DNA of 64,000 bases, from positions 64,239 through 128,238 of the forward strand of contig JAXDAV010000026.1 of NCBI GenBank assembly GCA_034679465.1, in the 5' to 3' direction. Numbering within the stretch: position 1 is the first letter of the stretch; each line of letters opens with the position of its first letter. The translations under genes were made by a program, and so were the position numbers. This DNA comes from Candidatus Aminicenantes bacterium. GTDB taxonomy: Bacteria; Acidobacteriota; Aminicenantia; Aminicenantales; Saccharicenantaceae. The notes under the pieces were generated by a model, which was not told the DNA's origin, made no database searches, and saw only the letters and a list, made by a program, of their open reading frames with translations. Shown one piece after another: positions 8,927 through 16,864 of the stretch.

Positions 8927-9892
8927 TCAATAGACGATGAGAGGGCTCAGGCCCTCGGATGAGCGGTCGATGAGAGGGCCGTAATCCTCCGGCAGTCGGG
9001 CGAACGGGACGGGCGGCCCGACATGGAGATCGAATTCCGGCCGCTCGAGCAGGCGGAAGACGAGCTCCGTCCGGCGCGCGACGTCCCAGCGCGGCCGCAG
9101 GGCGCCCGGTATCCGGGAGACCTGAGAGGCGATGATCCGCTTCCGCCGGCTGTGGAAGCTGCCGCCGAGATCGAGCCGGACCGGCCCGGCGCCGAGCCAG
9201 CTCACGGCGACGACCCGGCCCTCGACGCCGACGCTGTCGATGGCCGCTTGGAGCCCGGCCGCGGTGCCGCTCGCGTCGAAGGCGACATCGTAGGGCCTCG
9301 GGTCCGGCGCATCCGCGACGGCGAAACCCAGGGCCTCCGCGAGCCGGCGCCGGTCGGCTCTCTTCTCGACGACCTCGAGCTCGACCGCGGGACCCAGGTC
9401 GAGGACCCGGGCGACGAGAGAGCCGACGATGCCGAACCCGACGACGAGGACGCGCTCGCCGACGGACACGCCGGAGTCCCAGGCCGCGGTGACGGCCGTC
9501 TCCAAGTTGCTGGCCAGGGTGGCCCGGGCGGGCGGCAATCCCTCGGGGAGCGGTCGGACGTCCTCGCATCGGACGACGGAGAAGTCCTGGTGGGGATGGA
9601 GGACGTGGACTTTCCGGCCGCGGAGGCCTTTGGGCCCCTCGGCGACCTCGCCCACGAGCGAGTAGCCGTACTTGACCGGGAACGGGAAGCGGCCGCCCAT
9701 GTAGGGACAGCGCATGTCTTGCTCGAGAGCGCCGGGCACCCGGCCCGCCGCGACCAGCCGTTCCGTGCCCGGGCTGACCGCCGAGAACACGGCGCGCACG
9801 AGGCACCGCCCCGGTCCGGGCGCGGGCAGGGTCTCCCGGCGGATGGCGCCCCGGCCTTTGCCCGTCAGCCAGAACGCCCGCGCCCGGATCAC
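8927..9892 (-). CDS. MDR-superfamily (zinc-type alcohol dehydrogenase-like) oxidoreductase
   Basis: GroES-like N-terminus (VRAVFSAVSPGTERL, GYSLVGEVAEG). Rossmann motif VLVVGFGIVGSLVARVL. The GTG start overlaps the upstream stop (GTGA). Confidence 0.75.
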   Translation of the reverse strand: MIRARAFWLTGKGRGAIRRETLPAPGPGRCLVRAVFSAVSPGTERLVAAGRVPGALEQDMRCPYMGGRFPFPVKYGYSLVGEVAEGPKGLRGRKVHVLHPHQDFSVVRCEDVRPLPEGLPPARATLASNLETAVTAAWDSGVSVGERVLVVGFGIVGSLVARVLDLGPAVELEVVEKRADRRRLAEALGFAVADAPDPRPYDVAFDASGTAAGLQAAIDSVGVEGRVVAVSWLGAGPVRLDLGGSFHSRRKRIIASQVSRIPGALRPRWDVARRTELVFRLLERPEFDLHVGPPVPFARLPEDYGPLIDRSSEGLSPLIVY

Positions 9893-10890
9893 GGCCGTCC
9901 TCCGCCCGCGCCGGGCCGGGCCAGCGTGCCGACGATCATCATGCCGTCGTCGACCGGCGTGAAGGCGTGACAGGCCAGCCGGAGCGAGGAGGCCACATCG
10001 GGGACGGGGGGGAGGCGGAACGAGCTCAATCCGGAGCCCAGGATCAGGGGCGAGATATGGACCTGGAGGACGTCGACGTTTCCCTCGTCGAGGAAGCGCG
10101 ACGTCGTCAGCGCGCCGCCCTCGATGTAGACCGATCGGATGCCGCGCCTCATCAGCTCGCGGAGGATGTCGGACGTCGGAATCGAGCCGTTCGAGCCGCG
10201 GAGCCGAACCACGCTGACGCCGGCCGGGGCGGGGCCGCCGCCGCCGACGAGATAGACCTTGCCGCCTTCGCCGGCCGCCAGGCCGCGAAGGCCAGCGGAA
10301 GACGAGGCCAGAACGATCCGGGCCGGCTGGCCGCCGTCGACGTAGCGGACCGTCAGTCGGGGCCGGTCGCGGCGCAGGGTCCGCGAACCGATGATGACGG
10401 CGTCGGACAGGGCCCGCATCCGGTGCGCGTGGACGAGGTTCGAGGCCCCCCCCAAGCGCTTGGAATCGCCCGTGACGGTCGCGATCCGTCCGTCGAGCGA
10501 CTGGGCGAAATGGCTGACGGCGAAGGCCCGCCCGAGCCGGCGGGCGTGCATCGAGGCGAACGCGTAGGGCAAGTAGGTCTTGAGCAGCCGGAGGGCCGGC
10601 GCGGGCAGACCGCCCCCGCGGACCATCCGGACCCGGATGAGGTCGCCGATCGAGAAGACGGCGCCGGCCTGAGAGGACGGAGGCGCGGGAAGCGAGGGAT
10701 CGAGAAGGACGGCCGCGACGAGGTCAGGCCGCGACGCGGTCCGGAACGGACGGTCGAGGGAGACGGTCCGTCTGCCGCCCGCCCCGTCCAAGCGGAAAAA
10801 GCACTGACGGACCGGCTCCTGGCGGAGATCGACGGCCTCGCGGACGCGGAGAAGAGAGTCCCAACATTGCTCGACGAACGCGGCGGACAT
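9889..10890 (-). CDS. RibD C-terminal-domain (DHFR-like) reductase with a roughly 110-aa N-terminal extension of unknown function
   Basis: Only the C-terminal third of ORF 9889..12936 has protein-like composition. Start taken as ATG 10890 (MSAAFVEQ). RibD_C features: SHFAQSLDGRIA, VHAHRMRALSDAVIIGSRTLRRDRPRLTVR, SVYIEGGALTTSRFLDEGNVDVLQVHISPLILGSG. Confidence 0.7.
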   Translation of the reverse strand: MSAAFVEQCWDSLLRVREAVDLRQEPVRQCFFRLDGAGGRRTVSLDRPFRTASRPDLVAAVLLDPSLPAPPSSQAGAVFSIGDLIRVRMVRGGGLPAPALRLLKTYLPYAFASMHARRLGRAFAVSHFAQSLDGRIATVTGDSKRLGGASNLVHAHRMRALSDAVIIGSRTLRRDRPRLTVRYVDGGQPARIVLASSSAGLRGLAAGEGGKVYLVGGGGPAPAGVSVVRLRGSNGSIPTSDILRELMRRGIRSVYIEGGALTTSRFLDEGNVDVLQVHISPLILGSGLSSFRLPPVPDVASSLRLACHAFTPVDDGMMIVGTLARPGAGGGRP

Positions 10891-10938
10891 CCCGCTCACC
10901 CCCTCGGGGATAAAGTCCGGGCTCAGCTTGGCGGTTCC

Positions 10939-10967
10939 AAGATAGTGGAAGGCCCGGGACCTGTCAA
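10939..10967 (-). promoter_or_regulatory. Candidate sigma70 promoter of the minus-strand six-gene operon
   Basis: On the minus strand: TTGACA (rc of 10962-10967), a 17-nt spacer, then TATCTT (rc of 10939-10944). Lies about 45 nt upstream of ATG 10890. Confidence 0.35.
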
Positions 10968-10992
10968 CCGGCCGGATGGGCCTCGGGTCCGG

Positions 10993-11021
10993 TTGACAAG
11001 TCCGGGGTGTGGCCCTACGAT
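10993..11021 (+). promoter_or_regulatory. Candidate sigma70 promoter of the metallophosphoesterase/propeller gene
   Basis: TTGACA (10993-10998), a 17-nt spacer, then TACGAT (11016-11021). Lies about 47 nt upstream of ATG 11068. Its -35 box is the right arm of a 10-bp inverted repeat whose left arm is the -35 of the divergent promoter. Confidence 0.4.
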
Positions 11022-11067
11022 TGAGAGGGAAAATTCGCGATAGCCGGCCCGATTGGAGTCCGATCCG

Positions 11068-12957
11068 ATGAAGACGTTTGCGCGTTTCGCGGCCTTGGCG
11101 CTGGCTGTCGCTCTGGCCGGTTTCGGGGCCGCGGCCCGTCCGCCCCTGCGGTTCGCCTGGCTGAGCGACACGCACGTCGGCTCGGGCCGGGGGGCCGACG
11201 ACCTCCGGATCGCGGTCGGGGACATCAACTCCCAACCGGGACTGTCGTTCGTCATCGTGTCCGGGGACGTCACCGACATGGGGAGCTACGAGAATTTCCG
11301 CCTGGCCAAGGAGATCCTCGACAGGCTCCGCATCCCTTATTACATCATCCCCGGGAATCACGATACGAAGTGGTCGGGATCGGGCGGCTCGGACTTCGCC
11401 CGGCTCTGGGGGGCCGAACGGTTCGTCTTCGAGAGCGGCGGCTTCCGTTTCATCGGCCTCTCCCAGGGGCCCGTCCTGCGGATGGGCGACGCGAGCTGGG
11501 CGCCCCAGGACGTCCGCTGGCTCGAGGGCCTGCTGGCCGAGCCGGGGGCGGCCAAGAAGCCAACGATTTTCGTCAGCCACTACCCCATCGACCCGGGCAT
11601 CTCCAACTGGTACGTGGTCCTCGACAAGCTCAAGACCGTCCCCACGGCGGCCGTGCTGGTCGGCCACGGCCACAAGAACCAGGCCCTGGATTTCGAAGGC
11701 CTCCGGGGGGTCATGACCCGGGCGACCGTCGGCACGAAGGACGCCGCCGCCGGCTATACGCTGGTCGAGATCGGCCCCAAGGCCATGACCTTTTTCGAGA
11801 GGTCGGGCCGGGCCAGCCTCGGCCCGTGGCACCGGATCGAGATCGGAAAGGGCGGCGGGGGGGCGAACCCGGGCCTTCCGGCCCGCCCCGACTTCGGCGT
11901 CAACGCCCAATACCCGCAAGTCCGCGAGCGCTGGCGCTTCAAGTCGGGCTGGACGATCGCCTCTTCGGCCGCCGTTTCCGGCGACACGGTCGTCTTTGCC
12001 GACGCGTCGGGCGCGGTCCGGGCCTTGCGCGTCTCGGACGGCTCCATCGCCTGGGAGCTCCAGACCCATGACCCGATCTACTCGACCCCTGACGTCGCCG
12101 GCGGCCGGGTCGTCTTCGGGAGCACGGACGGGACGATCTACGCCCTGGACGCGCGGCTCGGGACCCCCGTCTGGAAGCACGCGACCGGAGGCCCGGTGGT
12201 CGGCTGCCCGCGCATCGCCGGAGGGACCGTCTTTATCGGATCGACCGATCATGTCTTTCGGGCCCTCGACCTGGCCAGCGGCGAGTCCGTCTGGCGGGCG
12301 GAGGGGATCGAGGGCTTCGTCGAGACGAAGCCGCTCGTCGCGGGCGGCCGCGTCGTTTTCGGCGCTTGGGACGGACGCCTTCACGCCCTCGACGCCGAGA
12401 CGGGCTGGCCCCTTTGGACCTGGATGGGCGAGCGCGAGAGCGTCTACTACTCGCCCGCCGCCTGCTGGCCCGTCGCGGGGAACGGCCGCGTCTTCGTCGT
12501 CGCCCCTGATCCCTGGATGGTGGCCCTCGATCTCGAGAGCGGGCGCGAGCTCTGGGGCACCGACAACTGGGCCGTGCGCGAGTCGATCGGGATCTCCGAA
12601 GACGGCGGTCGCGTCTTCGTCCGGACGACCGAGGGGCTCGTCGCGGCCATCTCCTCGACGGCCGACGACGCCGAGGCCCTCTGGGAGACGGACACCGGCC
12701 TCGGCTATGACATCAACTCGGCCATGCTGGTCGAGAAGGACGGCGTCGTCTTCTACGGGACCAAGAACGGCATCCTCCTGGCCCTCGACGCCGCGACCGG
12801 GGCGATCAAGTGGAAGCACCGGGTCGGCGTCACCCTCCTCAATACCGTGACCCCCCTCAGCGGCAGGGAAGTGGTCGTCACCGATCTCGACGGCCACGTC
12901 ACGCTTGTCTCCTCCGACCGCCCTTCTCCGTCCCATCCCATTTGGAGAGTGCTATAA
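11068..12957 (+). CDS. Exported calcineurin-like metallophosphoesterase fused to a PQQ/BamB-like beta-propeller
   Basis: ATG 11068 (MKTFARFAALALAVALAG, signal peptide). MPE motifs FAWLSDTHVG, VSGDVTDMG, IIPGNHD, VGHGH. C-terminal half has repeated propeller blades (GSTDGTIYALDARLGTPVWK, GSTDHVFRALDLASGESVWR, GAWDGRLHALDAETGWPLWT, GTKNGILLALDAATGAIKWK). Confidence 0.8.
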   Translation: MKTFARFAALALAVALAGFGAAARPPLRFAWLSDTHVGSGRGADDLRIAVGDINSQPGLSFVIVSGDVTDMGSYENFRLAKEILDRLRIPYYIIPGNHDTKWSGSGGSDFARLWGAERFVFESGGFRFIGLSQGPVLRMGDASWAPQDVRWLEGLLAEPGAAKKPTIFVSHYPIDPGISNWYVVLDKLKTVPTAAVLVGHGHKNQALDFEGLRGVMTRATVGTKDAAAGYTLVEIGPKAMTFFERSGRASLGPWHRIEIGKGGGGANPGLPARPDFGVNAQYPQVRERWRFKSGWTIASSAAVSGDTVVFADASGAVRALRVSDGSIAWELQTHDPIYSTPDVAGGRVVFGSTDGTIYALDARLGTPVWKHATGGPVVGCPRIAGGTVFIGSTDHVFRALDLASGESVWRAEGIEGFVETKPLVAGGRVVFGAWDGRLHALDAETGWPLWTWMGERESVYYSPAACWPVAGNGRVFVVAPDPWMVALDLESGRELWGTDNWAVRESIGISEDGGRVFVRTTEGLVAAISSTADDAEALWETDTGLGYDINSAMLVEKDGVVFYGTKNGILLALDAATGAIKWKHRVGVTLLNTVTPLSGREVVVTDLDGHVTLVSSDRPSPSHPIWRVL

Positions 12958-12972
12958 TTGACGGGCGGGACC

Positions 12973-15900
12973 ATGAAGAAAGCGTTGAGGAGAACTCTCA
13001 AGATCTCGGGATTCGTTCTCGGCGCGATCGCCCTTCTCCTCATCGTCGCGGTCCTGCTGGTCGTCTTCGACCAGCCGCTCGTCAGGAGCATCGTCCAGAA
13101 GCAGCTCGGCCGGGGCCCCGGCTCGTCGGCCCGCATCGGCCGGCTCGAGTACAAGCTCTTTCCCCTGCGCGTCACCGTCGAATCGCTCGAGCTCGTCCGC
13201 GAGGACGCCTTTCAGAAGATGACCGTGTCGATCGCCCGCCTTGACGCGGCCGGGGCTTTGGGAAAGATCGTCCGCGGGACCAAGCCCGCCCTGGACGGGA
13301 TCGAGGCCGGCGGCGTCTCGCTCCGGCTCGAACAGAAGGCCGTTTCGGACAAGCCGCTGGACGTCGAGAAGATGCTCATCCAGGCCGCGGATACGCTCGC
13401 CTGGACGAAGCGGGCCGCGCTGACGAACGCCCGGCTGTCCTTCTCGTTCCTGACGCGGCAGGCCGAGGTCGAGGGCTTCGATATCACCCTGACGCCCGAT
13501 CCGGCGACCGATGTCGTCGCCTACTCGATCGGGCGCGGCGATGTCGCCGTCTCGAACAAGGACGGGGCGCTCCTCTTCGCCTCCGGCTTGAGCTCGGCGG
13601 GCTCGCTCGGGCTCGTTTCGCCCTACGTCCTCGACGCGACCTTCGCCCTGACCTCGCCGCGCTTCGCCGCGGCCGGCCTCGAGGACCCGCTCGAGAGCGC
13701 CAGCCTTTCCTTGGCGGGCCGATTCGACCGGCCGTCCCAGGAGCTCAGGATCACCCGGCTCGTCGCCGGCCTGGCCGGCCTCCTGAGCGTGGAAGGGACG
13801 GCCGCGGCCCGGCTCGGCCACAGCCTCTTCGTCGAAGCCGAGGCCCGGGTCCGGCTCGAGAGCCTCGAAACCGTCGCGGCCCTCCTCGGACCGAGGCTCC
13901 CGGCCGAGCTGCGCGCCGCCTCGCCGCACGGCCGGGCCGAGCTCGCGGGGAACTACGCGCTCCAGCGCACCGACCAGGGCTCCAAGGACAATCTGGCCGC
14001 CTCTCTCACGCTCGAAGCGATCGATCTCAGCCCGGTCATCGACGGGCGACGTCTGCGCGTCCGGGCCGGCGGCCGGATCGACGCGGCCGGACCGTCCCGG
14101 GACCCGCGGATCTCTGCGGACATCCGGTCGACGGTCGGCGCCGCCGCGATCTCCGGGGTCACCGTCGCGGGCTCGAATGTCCGTCTCGTCGCCTCGGGTT
14201 CGCGATCGGCCGCCGACATCTCCCTCCTCGACGCCCGCCTCGACGGCCTCGCCTTCGACGCGGCCGGGGGCGGGCGGATCGCGTTCGACACCTCCACCCT
14301 CAAGGCCCGGGGCACGATCGACCTCGTCCGGAAGAGCGGCGTCCTCAGCTCTCTCGACGCCCGCCTCGACGGCCTCGCCTACGACGCGGCCGGGGGCGGG
14401 CGGATCGCGTTCGACACCTCCGCCCTCACGGCCAAGGGCACGGTCGACCTCGCCCGGAAGAGCGGCGTCCTCAGCTCTCTCGAGGTCCGGCTGCCCGGCC
14501 TGACGCCCCTGCGCCTCTCGGGGCGGTTCGGGTCCGCGAGGAGCTCCGCCTCAGAGGTCCGTCTCGAAAGCCGCGGGCTCGAGGTCCCGACCCTCCGGGC
14601 CCTCGCCGCGCCCTTCATCCCCGCCGGCTTCGCCGGCTGGGACCTCGGCGGGACGCTCGACCTTTCCCTCGACGCCCGCCGCCCCGCCGGCTCGAACGCC
14701 GACTGGGGCCTCACCGGCACGATCGCGCTCGCCGACGTCATGTTCAACGATCCCTCGTTCACGATCGCCGGCGAGAACCTCGACCCCGTTCTCAAGCTCG
14801 AGGCCGCCTCCTCCGCGTCGAAAGGGCTCTCGTTCAGCGGCAGCCTCGATATCGGCCGGGGCGAATCGCTGTGGAGGTCCGTCTATGTTTCCTGGAGCAA
14901 GCACCCGCTCAGGCTGACGGCCGCCGGCCGCTACGACTGCGCCTCGGGCGCCCTCGACGGCCTCGCGGCCCGCGTCCTTCTTCCCGAGGTCGGCTCGGTC
15001 GACGTCACCGGCTCGGCCGTGCTCGGCCCCGCGCCCTCGTTCGACCTCTCGACCGAGACGCGCCTCAGCCTCGGGCCGGCCTATTCCCTCTACACCCAGG
15101 CCGGCGCGTCCGTCGAATCGCGGTTGCGGCTCGAAGGCGCGCTCGCGGCCTCCCTCCTCGTCCGCAAGGCGGGCGGGTCGCTTTCGGTCGGGGGCCGGGT
15201 CCGGCTGGCCGACGCCAGCGTCGAGAGTCCCCAATCCAAGACGTTCGTTCTCGGCCTTTCGGCCGACCTGCCCCTCCTCTACGAGTCCTCGCCCGCCCGC
15301 CAGGAGGGACAGCCCCCTTCGGGGACAGTCCCGCTTACCGAGACGGGCGGCATCCGCATCGGCGAGATCCAGAATCCCGCCCTGTCCCTGAAGTCCGTGG
15401 ATATCGCCGTCCGCGCCGGCGTCAACACACTGGCCATCGAACCGGTCAGCCTGGAGCTCTTCGGCGGCCGGCTTGAGCTCGGCCGGACGACCCTCCGCCT
15501 CGACCCCGCCACCGGCGCTTTTCAAGGGGTGGGGTCCTTGGCCCTGCGCGACATCGACGTGGCCCGATTCCCCATCCCGTCGCCCCAGTTCAAGCTCACC
15601 GGGCGGATCCAGGCCGACTTCCCGCGTCTCGACATCAGCCCCGACCGGATCGGCGTCTCCGGACGGGGCGAGGCCAGCCTCTTCGGGGGCCAGATCGTCC
15701 TCCGGGACCTGGCCGTCTCCGAGCCGTTCGACCCGGGCCGGTCGATCTCGCTCAACGTCGACCTCGTCGATCTCGACCTGAAGAAGCTCACGGACGAAGT
15801 GCCGTTCGGCGAGGTGACCGGCATCGTCCGCGGCGAGATCCGCGACCTCGTCATCACGTACGGCCAGCCGGAAAGCTTCACCTTCCGGCTCGAGTCGGTG

Positions 15901-16230
15901 CGCCGGAAGGGCGTCCCCCAGACTTTCAGCCTCAAGGCCGTCGACAACCTGACCGTCCTCAGCTCGGGCCAACAGGCCTCGGGCGGCACGGGCGGCTTCT
16001 GGATGAGCTTCATCAGGGGCTTCCGCTACCGGAGGCTCGGCATCGTCAGCACGCTCCGCAACGACACCTTCACCCTCAACGGCACCATTCGTGACGCCGC
16101 CGGGACCGAGTATCTGGTGAAGAAACCGGCGCTTTTTGGTATAAGTGTAGTGAACCGCGAGCCCGACAAATCCATCAGCTTCAAGGAGATGGTCGGCCGG
16201 CTCAAGAGGGTCGGCCAGTCCGGCAGATAA
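12973..16230 (+). CDS. AsmA-like giant envelope protein, YdbH-like (putative intermembrane lipid-transport bridge)
   Basis: ATG 12973 (MKKALRRTLKISGFVLGAIALLLIVAVLLVV, single N-terminal TM anchor). About 1085 aa, Ala/Gly/Leu/Ser-rich with beta-strand-like periodicity. The family call rests mainly on synteny with the following DUF1318/YdbL-like gene, as in E. coli ydbH-ynbE-ydbL. Confidence 0.6.
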   Translation: MKKALRRTLKISGFVLGAIALLLIVAVLLVVFDQPLVRSIVQKQLGRGPGSSARIGRLEYKLFPLRVTVESLELVREDAFQKMTVSIARLDAAGALGKIVRGTKPALDGIEAGGVSLRLEQKAVSDKPLDVEKMLIQAADTLAWTKRAALTNARLSFSFLTRQAEVEGFDITLTPDPATDVVAYSIGRGDVAVSNKDGALLFASGLSSAGSLGLVSPYVLDATFALTSPRFAAAGLEDPLESASLSLAGRFDRPSQELRITRLVAGLAGLLSVEGTAAARLGHSLFVEAEARVRLESLETVAALLGPRLPAELRAASPHGRAELAGNYALQRTDQGSKDNLAASLTLEAIDLSPVIDGRRLRVRAGGRIDAAGPSRDPRISADIRSTVGAAAISGVTVAGSNVRLVASGSRSAADISLLDARLDGLAFDAAGGGRIAFDTSTLKARGTIDLVRKSGVLSSLDARLDGLAYDAAGGGRIAFDTSALTAKGTVDLARKSGVLSSLEVRLPGLTPLRLSGRFGSARSSASEVRLESRGLEVPTLRALAAPFIPAGFAGWDLGGTLDLSLDARRPAGSNADWGLTGTIALADVMFNDPSFTIAGENLDPVLKLEAASSASKGLSFSGSLDIGRGESLWRSVYVSWSKHPLRLTAAGRYDCASGALDGLAARVLLPEVGSVDVTGSAVLGPAPSFDLSTETRLSLGPAYSLYTQAGASVESRLRLEGALAASLLVRKAGGSLSVGGRVRLADASVESPQSKTFVLGLSADLPLLYESSPARQEGQPPSGTVPLTETGGIRIGEIQNPALSLKSVDIAVRAGVNTLAIEPVSLELFGGRLELGRTTLRLDPATGAFQGVGSLALRDIDVARFPIPSPQFKLTGRIQADFPRLDISPDRIGVSGRGEASLFGGQIVLRDLAVSEPFDPGRSISLNVDLVDLDLKKLTDEVPFGEVTGIVRGEIRDLVITYGQPESFTFRLESVRRKGVPQTFSLKAVDNLTVLSSGQQASGGTGGFWMSFIRGFRYRRLGIVSTLRNDTFTLNGTIRDAAGTEYLVKKPALFGISVVNREPDKSISFKEMVGRLKRVGQSGR
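14227..14478 (+). repeat. In-frame tandem duplication, 2 x 126 bp (2 x 42 aa), inside the YdbH-like gene
   Basis: Copy 1 (14227-14352) and copy 2 (14353-14478) differ at about 7 positions by manual alignment. They encode LDARLDGLAFDAAGGGRIAFDTSTLKARGTIDLVRKSGVLSS and LDARLDGLAYDAAGGGRIAFDTSALTAKGTVDLARKSGVLSS. Confidence 0.9.
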
Positions 16231-16257
16231 GCGACGCATCGCAAGGAGGATGACATC

Positions 16258-16848
16258 ATGACGAAACGATACCCCCTGGGGACGGTCGCCGCCGCCGGCC
16301 TCGTCCTCGCCCTGGCCTGCATCACGGTCAACATCTATTTCCCCGAGGCCACGGTCAGGCAGGCCGCCGCCGAGATCGTCGAGGAGATCCGCAAGGATGA
16401 GGCCGGGAAGAAAGCCCCTCAGGCCGCGCTCGAGGCGCCGGCCCTGCGCGAGGCCCCCGCCTTTTCCTTCGTCCCGGCCGCGTACGCCCAGGAGGCGACG
16501 ACCGTCTCCACTCCCGCCATCCGGGCGCTCAAGGATTCGATGAGGAGCCGTTTCCCCTCGCTCAAGCCCTACTTCGACGCGGGGAACCTCGGCGAGACGA
16601 ACAAGGGGATGCTCGAGGTCCGCGACGAGAACGGGCTCAACCTCCAGGCCAAGGCCGCCCTGCGGAACTTGGTCAGGGACGAGAACGGCGACCGGACCAA
16701 GCTCTACGGCGAAGTGGCCCAGGCCCTCAAGATCGATGCCGGCCAGATCGAGAAGATCCAGAAGATCTTCGCCGCCGAGTGGGCCAAGAGCGCCGCGCCC
16801 GGCTGGTGGGTCCAGCAGGAGGACGGCGCCTGGGTCAAGAAGAGCTGA
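16258..16848 (+). CDS. Lipoprotein with a YdbL-like (DUF1318) C-terminal domain and a YnbE-like N-terminal segment
   Basis: Lipobox-like LVLALAC followed at once by ITVNIYFPEATVRQAAAEIVEEI (compare E. coli YnbE ITINMNVKIEHEIIIKADKDVEELL). The C-terminus TPAIRALKDSMRSRFPSLKPYFDAGNLGETNKGMLEV...ENGDRTKLYGEVAQAL...AAPGWWVQQEDGAWVKK matches the DUF1318 pattern. Confidence 0.6.
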   Translation: MTKRYPLGTVAAAGLVLALACITVNIYFPEATVRQAAAEIVEEIRKDEAGKKAPQAALEAPALREAPAFSFVPAAYAQEATTVSTPAIRALKDSMRSRFPSLKPYFDAGNLGETNKGMLEVRDENGLNLQAKAALRNLVRDENGDRTKLYGEVAQALKIDAGQIEKIQKIFAAEWAKSAAPGWWVQQEDGAWVKKS

Positions 16849-16864
16849 TCCCCCGGCCCGGGGG

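Noticed and set aside
10891-12936. N-terminal 680 aa of the 1015-aa minus-strand ORF 9889..12936.
   Set aside because: Only the last ~333 aa (from ATG 10890) look like a protein (RibD_C domain). The upstream part is Arg/Asp/Gly/Pro-rich and lies antisense to the well-supported metallophosphoesterase/propeller gene. A promoter-like region lies at 10939-10967.
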